Below, piece after piece: positions 57,432 to 64,000 of a DNA stretch of 64,000 bases. Below the pieces are notes generated by a model. The model worked only from the letters and a program-made list of their open reading frames with translations. It was not told the origin of the DNA and did no database searches. How positions within the stretch are numbered: position 1 is the first letter of the stretch; each line of letters begins with the position of its first letter. Source of the stretch: an uncultured Actinomycetota bacterium (lineage in GTDB: Bacteria > Actinomycetota > Actinomycetes > JAHEKZ01); NCBI GenBank assembly GCA_963718235.1, contig CAVQYR010000002.1, forward strand, positions 448,001-512,000. The letters run 5' to 3'. Both the position numbers and the translations under genes were made by a program.

Positions 57432-57713
57432 GTGATCACGCTGCGCATCGAGCATGCGATTCACGACTACGACCAGTGGAAGGCGGCGTTCGACGGGTTC
57501 GCGGATGTACGCGCAAATGCTGGCGTGCGCGGTCACGCCATCCGGGGTCCGGTCGAGGACCCGACCTACCTCATGGTCGACCTGGAGTTCGACACTGTCG
57601 AGGATGCAGGCGCGTTCGCCCAGTTCCTGGAGCAGCAGGTCTGGTCCTCGCCGCAGTCCGCGCCCGCGCTGGTCGGCACGCCGCGGACTCGGCTGCTCGA
57701 GCTGCGGAGCTGA
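57432..57713 (+). CDS. Small dimeric alpha+beta barrel-like protein
   Basis: MITLRIEHAIHDYDQWKAAFD..AGV..VDLEFD; GGGAG SD. Confidence 0.75.
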   Translation: MITLRIEHAIHDYDQWKAAFDGFADVRANAGVRGHAIRGPVEDPTYLMVDLEFDTVEDAGAFAQFLEQQVWSSPQSAPALVGTPRTRLLELRS

Positions 57714-57743
57714 ATCGTCGGCGGTCCGTTCTACTGTGGCGTC

Positions 57744-58313
57744 ATGACGAACCACGACCCTCCCTGGGAACCGCCCCTTGCGGGCACCGAGCTCGAGCAC
57801 CTCGTCGGTGCTCTCGACCGTCTGCGGGCCACCTTCCGCTGGAAGGCCGGCGGCCTCGACGAGGTGGGCCTGCGCACCCACATCGCCACCACCTCGCTGA
57901 CGCTCGGTGGTCTGCTCAAGCACCTCGCGCTCGTTGAGGACTACATCTTCACGACCAAGCTGACCGGTGGGTCGGTCGGCGCCCCATGGGAGACCACCTA
58001 CCGGTCCGATGTCCCCGACTGGGAGTTCGTGTCCGCGGCCGACGACACCGCCGAGGAGCTCTACGCGCTCTGGGCCGGGGCCGTCGGGCGGTCTCGAGCC
58101 AGGCTCGACGCCGCCCTGGCCGATGGTGGGCTCGACCAGCTCGTCCACGTCACCGCCGACGACGGTCGACAGGCCAGCCTGCGCCGGCTCGTGTGTGACC
58201 TGATCGAGGAGTACGGCCGTCATACGGGGCACGCCGACCTTCTGCGCGAGGCGGTCGACGGTCTCGTCGGTGAGGACCCTCCGGTTGGGTGGAAGATCGC
58301 GGAGGCGCATTGA
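57744..58313 (+). CDS. DinB/DUF664 (mycothiol S-transferase-like) protein
   Basis: LTLGGLLKHLA..EEYGRHTGHADLLRE. Confidence 0.88.
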   Translation: MTNHDPPWEPPLAGTELEHLVGALDRLRATFRWKAGGLDEVGLRTHIATTSLTLGGLLKHLALVEDYIFTTKLTGGSVGAPWETTYRSDVPDWEFVSAADDTAEELYALWAGAVGRSRARLDAALADGGLDQLVHVTADDGRQASLRRLVCDLIEEYGRHTGHADLLREAVDGLVGEDPPVGWKIAEAH

Positions 58314-58358
58314 CCCCTCGAGAGGATGAGCGAGTGGACCGTGTTCCGTGGTCCCCGC

Positions 58359-58658
58359 TCAGATCACCCGCCAGATCTCGTCGTGCACCGATCCTGGGAT
58401 GAAGTTGTCGGAGCTGCTGGCCACGAGTGCGCCGTAGGCGGGGTCGGACATCAGTGCGACGAGCATCGTGTCGAAGTCCGCCAGGCTCTCGTGTCGGGTC
58501 GACCAGCCGATCCGGTTGGGGTTTCCACCGACGGGAACGGCGACCGAGACCTCGGCCCCGTGGGTTGAGGTGATGTACGCCGCGATCTCCTTGGCGAAGG
58601 CCACTGCGCTGGCCACCTTGCCGGGTGCGATCGCGGCGCTGCGGTAGAACGCGATCAT
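58359..58658 (-). CDS. Small hypothetical protein (NIPSNAP-like barrel)
   Basis: AGGAGGA SD; IAPGK..ESLADF..SDPAY..FIPGSVHDEIW. Confidence 0.7.
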   Translation of the reverse strand: MIAFYRSAAIAPGKVASAVAFAKEIAAYITSTHGAEVSVAVPVGGNPNRIGWSTRHESLADFDTMLVALMSDPAYGALVASSSDNFIPGSVHDEIWRVI

Positions 58659-58724
58659 GGTTCCTCCTGGGTCGTCGATGGTCGAGTGAGAGCGAGGCGT
58701 CTGCTGACCGGGACCGGCCGCGGA

Positions 58725-59117
58725 CTAGGTCGTTGCCTCTGGTTCTGGCTCGGGTGTGTGGCAGACGGCCTCCACGTTGTTGCCGTCGGGGTCGCGGACG
58801 AAGGCGCCGTAGTAGCCGGGGTGGTACTCCGGCCAGACCCGCGGCTCGTGCAGCACCTCCGCACCGGCCGCAACTGCGGCGTCGAAGAAGGCCCGGACGC
58901 CGGCTCGGTCGGGCGCGGCGAACGCTATGTGCGACTCGCGGAACCCGTCGCCGGAGTCCAGCGCGCTGATCCAGAAGTCGGGCATGGGTGGCACGCCGTA
59001 CCCGATGGCGACGTCGAAGTCCATGACTCGCACGCCGCCCAGCGGGGCGAGCACCGAGTCGTAGAACGACGCGCTCGCCTTGAGGTCGGAACATTGGATT
59101 CCCAGATGATCCAGCAT
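58725..59117 (-). CDS. VOC/glyoxalase family protein
   Basis: MLDHLGI, HIAF, YYGAFVRDPDGNNVEAVC. Confidence 0.9.
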   Translation of the reverse strand: MLDHLGIQCSDLKASASFYDSVLAPLGGVRVMDFDVAIGYGVPPMPDFWISALDSGDGFRESHIAFAAPDRAGVRAFFDAAVAAGAEVLHEPRVWPEYHPGYYGAFVRDPDGNNVEAVCHTPEPEPEATT

Positions 59118-59195
59118 GTGCTGAGTGTGGCACGCGACACGTGGTCCGAACAGTGGGCGACTCGACGGCCGCCACCGTCACGGTGAGCGCGCCGT

Positions 59196-60167
59196 TCAGA
59201 GGGTGATGACGACCTTGCCGCGCGCGTGGCCCTCCTCGACGTACCGGATGGCCTTGGGGGCCTCGCTCAGCGGGTAGCTCCGGTCGATGACGGGGGCGAT
59301 CTTCCCGGACTCGACCAGCTCCTTCAGGACCAAGAGGTCCTCGTGGTTCTCCGAGCAGATGAACGTGCGCAGCTTCTGGCTCACGAACAGCGACACCAGT
59401 GACGCGCGGAGCTGACGGTCGTAGCCGCCGATCCAGCGTCCACCGGTCTCGCCGCCGACGATCACCAGCGTGCCCTTGGCCGTGAGAGCGCGTCGCAGCC
59501 GTGACAACGGGGAGTTGCCGCCGATGTCGATGATCACGTCGTAGCGGGCGTCGCTGTCGGCGAAGTCGTCACGGGTGTAGTCGATGACCTGGTCGGCGCC
59601 GATGGAGCGGACGAGGTCGACCTTGGTCGTGCTGCACACGCCGGTGACCTGGGCGCCGTACGCCTTCGCGAGCTGCACGGCGTACGTCCCGACCCCGCCG
59701 GACGCACCGATGACCAGCACCCGCTGTCCTGGCCGCACCTTGGCCTGGTCGCGCACCGCCTGAAGGGCGGTAAGTCCGGAGATGGCGACGACACCGGCCT
59801 GCTCGAAGGTGAGGTTCGCCGGTTTCGGCGCCAGCTTGCTCTCGAGAGCCCGGGCGTACTCGGCGAAGGTTCCCTTACCGATGCCGAACACCTCGTCACC
59901 GGGCTGGAACCGGGTGACGCCCGCGCCCACCGCCACCACGACGCCGGCGAGGTCCATGCCAGGCACCGGGTTCTTCGGTGCGCGCAGCCCGTAGCCGGCC
60001 AGGCGGACCGGGTAGGGGAGACCGGTCGTCAGGTGCAGCACGCCCCGGTCGACCCCGGCGGCGTGGACCTGGACCAGCACCTCGTCGTCGGCGATCTGGG
60101 GTCGGTCGATGTCGGCCGGCCGAAGCACGTCGGCCGAGCCATAGGTGTCCTGAACGATGGCCTGCAT
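59196..60167 (-). CDS. NAD(P)-dependent medium-chain oxidoreductase (Zn-free, quinone-reductase-like)
   Basis: GMDLAG, GTFAEY, GASGGVG, GHARGKVV. Confidence 0.9.
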   Translation of the reverse strand: MQAIVQDTYGSADVLRPADIDRPQIADDEVLVQVHAAGVDRGVLHLTTGLPYPVRLAGYGLRAPKNPVPGMDLAGVVVAVGAGVTRFQPGDEVFGIGKGTFAEYARALESKLAPKPANLTFEQAGVVAISGLTALQAVRDQAKVRPGQRVLVIGASGGVGTYAVQLAKAYGAQVTGVCSTTKVDLVRSIGADQVIDYTRDDFADSDARYDVIIDIGGNSPLSRLRRALTAKGTLVIVGGETGGRWIGGYDRQLRASLVSLFVSQKLRTFICSENHEDLLVLKELVESGKIAPVIDRSYPLSEAPKAIRYVEEGHARGKVVITL

Positions 60168-60211
60168 GGGCTGCTCCTTGCTCGGGCCGGGCTAGCCGGC
60201 TGGTCCGCGCA

Positions 60212-60284
60212 CTTACGCTGTACGCTTACGTCGTAAGTTACACGCGATGAGCCTCTCTGTCCAGTCCGGTGCTTACGTTGTATG
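60212..60284. promoter_or_regulatory. Three TetR operator candidates CTTAC-N3-GTAAG
   Basis: CTTACGCTGTACG 60212, CTTACGTCGTAAG 60225, CTTACGTTGTATG 60272. Confidence 0.75.
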
Positions 60285-60307
60285 TTCGTCGCCCACGAGG
60301 AGGACCG

Positions 60308-60970
60308 ATGCCCAGCGAACCAGCCGTGACGGCCGAGCCCCGGGCTCGCCTGAGCCGGGAGCGGGTGCTGCGCGCCGCCATCGCCTTGGCCGACCAGAGC
60401 GGGATCGAGGCGCTGACCATGCGCGGGCTCGGCCGTGACCTCGGCGTGGAGGCGATGTCGCTGTACAACCACGTGGCCAACAAGGACGACCTGCTCGACG
60501 GCATGGTCGACCTCGTGCTGGGCGACATCGACGTCCCGCCGACCGGCACCCACTGGAAGACGGCGATGCGTCAGCGTGCGATCTCAGCCCACGAGGTGCT
60601 GCTCGCCCACCCGTGGGCGGCGCTGCAGATCATGTCGCGGTACAACATCGGCCCCGGCATGACCCGTTACCTCGACGCGACGCTCGGCCGACTGCGCGAA
60701 GGCGGCTTCTCGGTCGACGGGGCACTCGATGCCTGGAACGCCTTGGACAGCCACCTGTACGGGTTCACCCTGCAGGAGCTGAACCTGCCGTTCGAGGCCG
60801 AGGACGCACCCAAGGTCTCAGCCGACGTGCTCGCCCAGCTGTCAGCCGAGCAGTTCCCCCATGTCGCCGAGGTCATCGGCCAGATCATGCAGACCGGACG
60901 CCGCGAGGAGTTCACGTTCGGGCTGGACCTGATCCTCGACGGCCTCGAGCTGACCCTCGACCGCCCCTGA
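60308..60970 (+). CDS. TetR family regulator (TetR_C type)
   Basis: LSRERVLRAA..LTMRGLGRDLGVEAMSLYNHV; EFTFGLDLILDGL. Confidence 0.92.
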   Translation: MPSEPAVTAEPRARLSRERVLRAAIALADQSGIEALTMRGLGRDLGVEAMSLYNHVANKDDLLDGMVDLVLGDIDVPPTGTHWKTAMRQRAISAHEVLLAHPWAALQIMSRYNIGPGMTRYLDATLGRLREGGFSVDGALDAWNALDSHLYGFTLQELNLPFEAEDAPKVSADVLAQLSAEQFPHVAEVIGQIMQTGRREEFTFGLDLILDGLELTLDRP

Positions 60971-60974
60971 CCAC

Positions 60975-62006
60975 TCACGGCGCAAGATCCCCCACTCTGG
61001 GTGGGACGCCAGTGCCGAACCGCAGCTCGGTGACCGAGGTGTAGGTCTGGCCCGGGCGCAGGACCGCCGAGCCCAGCTCCGGACGGTTGGGGGTGTCGGG
61101 GAACAGCTGGGTCTCGAGGCACACCGCGCCGTGGGGCTGGAACGGGGCCCCGAGGCCGTTGCCGGTGTAGACCTGCAGCCCGGCCTGGTCGGTGAGCACA
61201 GCCATCCAGCGGCCCGAGACCGGGCTGTCGAGGACGGCCGCGCCGCGCAGCTCACCGACAGCGCCCCGCAGGGCGTAGCAGTGGTCCAACCCCGGTGGGA
61301 GCGCGGCGATGACCGGGCCGAGTCTGGTGCGGGCGCGCAGGTCGAACGGCGTGCCTTCGACCGTCGTCGGCGGCCCGGTGGGAATGCAGGCGTCATCAAC
61401 CGGGAGCACGGCGTCAGCGGCCAGGGCGAGATGGTGGTCGGACACGGTCGGTGACCCGTCGAGGTTCCAGTAGCCGTGGTTCGTCACGTTCAGCACGGTC
61501 GGCGCATCGGTCTCTCCGCGGTAGGTGATCCGCAGCCGGTCTCCGGACAGCTCGTAGGTCGCGGTCACGGTGACCGTGCCCGGAAACCCCTGGTCACCCG
61601 CGGGGCTTCTCAGGGCCATCGTCACCTGGCCGCCGTCGTCGGTGCTGGTGGCCTCGGTCACGCCCCACAGCCGCCGGCCGAAGCCGTCGGGTCCGCCGTG
61701 CAGCTGGTTCGCCCCCTCGTTGGGGGTCACCCTCACCTCTCGACCGTCCAGGGGGAAGCACGCGTTGGCGATGCGGTTGGCGTACCGACCGACAGACGCG
61801 CCGAGGTAGGGGTTTCGCTTGCGGTCCTCGTAGCCGGTGAGCGTGGGCAGGCTCAGGTGCACCGGGCCGATCCGTCCCAGCCCGTCCGGGCACTCCAGTG
61901 AGACGATCGCCGCACCCAGCGTCATCAGGCGCAGCCGGATCACCGGACTGGCCACCTCCACGACCTCGACCACGACGACCTCCGTTGCGCTCAGGGACCA
62001 CTGCAC
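60975..62006 (-). CDS. galM: Aldose 1-epimerase (galactose mutarotase)
   Basis: GRYANRI, LHGG, DQGFPG, TNHGYWNL, LDHC, CLETQ; start uncertain. Confidence 0.87.
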   Translation of the reverse strand: MQWSLSATEVVVVEVVEVASPVIRLRLMTLGAAIVSLECPDGLGRIGPVHLSLPTLTGYEDRKRNPYLGASVGRYANRIANACFPLDGREVRVTPNEGANQLHGGPDGFGRRLWGVTEATSTDDGGQVTMALRSPAGDQGFPGTVTVTATYELSGDRLRITYRGETDAPTVLNVTNHGYWNLDGSPTVSDHHLALAADAVLPVDDACIPTGPPTTVEGTPFDLRARTRLGPVIAALPPGLDHCYALRGAVGELRGAAVLDSPVSGRWMAVLTDQAGLQVYTGNGLGAPFQPHGAVCLETQLFPDTPNRPELGSAVLRPGQTYTSVTELRFGTGVPPRVGDLAP

Positions 62007-62094
62007 GCGTGACTCGCGTGCGGACCCATGGTCCCAGCAGGGCACGCGCGCACTACCGTGTGCGCCACCAAGCACCCTCAGGCAGGAGCCGCTC

Positions 62095-63705
62095 GTGAAG
62101 CGCTGGTGGCCGCTCGTCGCGCTGGCGATGGCCCAGTTCGTGATGGTCCTCGACCAGTCGGTCATGAACGTCTCGATCAGCACGCTCGTGGCGGACTTCG
62201 ACACCACGGTCACCACGATTCAGTCGGTGATCACCCTGTACTGCCTGACCATGGCCATGTTCATGCTCACCGGCGGCAAGATCGGCGACATCATCGGACG
62301 CCGAAGGGCCTTTGCGGTCGGCCTGGTCATCTACGGCTGCGGGTCGGCCCTGACCGCTGTAGCGCCCACCGTCGCCGTCCTCACCTTGGGCTGGTCGATC
62401 CTCGAGGGCATCGGTGCCGCGCTCGTGATGCCGGCTCTGGTTGCGCTGATCGCGGGCAACTACGAGGGCAAGGAGCGCAACATCGCCTATGCCGTGATCG
62501 GCGGCGTGGCCGGGGCCGGCATCGCCATCGGCCCCATCCTTGGCGGCTGGGCGACCACTGAGCTGTCGTGGCGGATCGTGTTCGTTGGTGAGGTCGTCCT
62601 GGTGCTCGTCATCTTGGCGATGACCCGGCTCATCGGCGACGCGGTGCGGCCCGGGGACAAGCCCAGGCTCGACTTTGTGGGCACGGTCCTGTCGGCCAGC
62701 GGCCTGGGCCTGATCGTGCTGGGCGTCCTGCAGTCGAGCACGTGGGGATGGGTGCAGCCCAAGGACTCTCCCATCGAGCCGTTGGGCTTCTCCCTGACCG
62801 TGTTCGTGATCACCTCCGGCGCCCTGCTGATCTGGGCCTTCGTCGCGTGGCAGCGACACCGCGAGGAGATCGGCACCGACCCGCTGGTGCACCTGAGCCT
62901 GATGAGAATCCCACCCCTGCGCGCCGGACTGATCGGGCTGTTGAGCCAGAACCTCATCCTGATGGGGGTCTTCTTCACCGTCCCCCTGTACCTGCAGCTG
63001 GTGCTCGGCTACGACGCGCTGGACACCGGGATCAAGATGCTCCCGGTCTCCATCACCATGTTCATCGCCTCTGCCGTCGGCGCTCGTCTGGCCGGCAGGT
63101 ACTCGGTGCGCGGCGTCGTCCGCACGGGTCTGTGGGTCACCCTGTTCTCCATCCTGATCCTCCTGGCGACGGTTCAGCCCGACCTCGCTGACGTTGCCTT
63201 CGCCCTCTCGATGGGTGGCCTTGGCGTCGGAATGGGGCTGCTGGCCTCCCAGCTGGGCAAGGTCGTACAGGCGTCCGTCGACGCCTCTGGACGCGGCGAG
63301 GCCGGTGGCCTGCAGTTCACCGGCCAACAGCTCGGGTCGTCCCTAGGTGTCGCTCTCATCGGTGCGGTCGTGCTCTCCGGTCTGACCAGTGCCTTCGTGG
63401 CCAACATCCAGGACAGCCCGGAGATCAGCCCGCAGGTCACCGAGCAGCTCACGGTGGCGTTGGAGGGCGGCATCGACTTCGTCTCCTCAGACCAGATCGC
63501 CGCCGCGGCGCAGGACGCGGGCCTGGACGACGTCACAACCGCAGCACTCGTCGAGGACTACGAGGCTGCCCAGCTGCGCGCGCTCAAGGCCGGCCTGCTC
63601 GGCGCGGCCCTGCTGGCGCTGATCTCGATCCCGTTCACCCGTGAGCTGCCGCACGCGGGCTCGTCCTCCGAGGGGAAGCCGGCCGACTCGCTTTCCGTCA
63701 GCTGA
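62095..63705 (+). CDS. MFS transporter (14-TM DHA2-like)
   Basis: AQFVMVLDQSVMNV, GDIIGRRR, GPILGG; AGGAG SD before GTG 62095. Confidence 0.9.
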   Translation: MKRWWPLVALAMAQFVMVLDQSVMNVSISTLVADFDTTVTTIQSVITLYCLTMAMFMLTGGKIGDIIGRRRAFAVGLVIYGCGSALTAVAPTVAVLTLGWSILEGIGAALVMPALVALIAGNYEGKERNIAYAVIGGVAGAGIAIGPILGGWATTELSWRIVFVGEVVLVLVILAMTRLIGDAVRPGDKPRLDFVGTVLSASGLGLIVLGVLQSSTWGWVQPKDSPIEPLGFSLTVFVITSGALLIWAFVAWQRHREEIGTDPLVHLSLMRIPPLRAGLIGLLSQNLILMGVFFTVPLYLQLVLGYDALDTGIKMLPVSITMFIASAVGARLAGRYSVRGVVRTGLWVTLFSILILLATVQPDLADVAFALSMGGLGVGMGLLASQLGKVVQASVDASGRGEAGGLQFTGQQLGSSLGVALIGAVVLSGLTSAFVANIQDSPEISPQVTEQLTVALEGGIDFVSSDQIAAAAQDAGLDDVTTAALVEDYEAAQLRALKAGLLGAALLALISIPFTRELPHAGSSSEGKPADSLSVS

Positions 63706-64000
63706 ACAACTTCTCGCGGGCTTCTTCTCGCTGCTCGATGGCCTTCGAGACCGCCGCGAGCTGCTCGTCGGTGGCGTCAAGGGCGAAGACCTCGCGGATG
63801 AACGCCGGCAGGTCGGGACGGTAGTCATGGGCCCAGGCCCGGAAGGCGCCGGGGATCTGGGCGTTCTTCATGTCGATCGCGGTCTGGAAGAACGAGGTGA
63901 CCGGCCGCCACCGCATGGACGCCGGGATGCCGCGCGGGCTGGCCCCGGGAACCTCCTGCTGCCGTGGTCGGTCCGGGCCGAGCCAGGCGGGGCGACGCGC
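63698..64000 (-). CDS. C-terminus of a probable alpha/beta-hydrolase family protein (partial)
   Basis: Frame open to the window end: RPAWL..MRWRPVTSFFQTAIDM..HDY. Confidence 0.55.
   Translation of the reverse strand, partial: ARRPAWLGPDRPRQQEVPGASPRGIPASMRWRPVTSFFQTAIDMKNAQIPGAFRAWAHDYRPDLPAFIREVFALDATDEQLAAVSKAIEQREEAREKLFS

Overview
High-GC actinobacterial chromosome. 1-23.6 kb is a conserved core block: flippase-like membrane protein, ATL/MGMT-family protein, adnA-adnB, nudC, mycoredoxin, uvrD2, whiB7/wblC with its leader-peptide attenuator, ABC1 kinase, ThiF-like protein, DUF5679, M48, NUDIX, zincin, PDZ-Lon and UPF0182, ending at tRNA-fMet (23495-23571). From 23.6 kb the window is an accessory mosaic anchored on that tRNA. 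It opens with a 3.2-kb integrase-free element carrying only an arylsulfatase, bounded by a 47-bp tRNA 3' duplication and TGTCGGCA arm-type repeats. A second related element end follows, then gene fragments and fusion scars, a CtpF-like ATPase, an amine-oxidation module and a large cluster of poorly characterised genes around a MalT-like STAND-LuxR regulator. The strongest new signals are (i) a 12-bp palindrome TCACCCGGGTGA in four intergenic regions, each 50-51 nt upstream of a -10-like hexamer, defining a candidate regulon, and (ii) tandem integrase-less tRNA cassettes whose cargo appears cut mid-gene at the att arms. Product calls come from motif and family recognition by eye; no searches were run. 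Four single-base insertions in island genes may be assembly errors.
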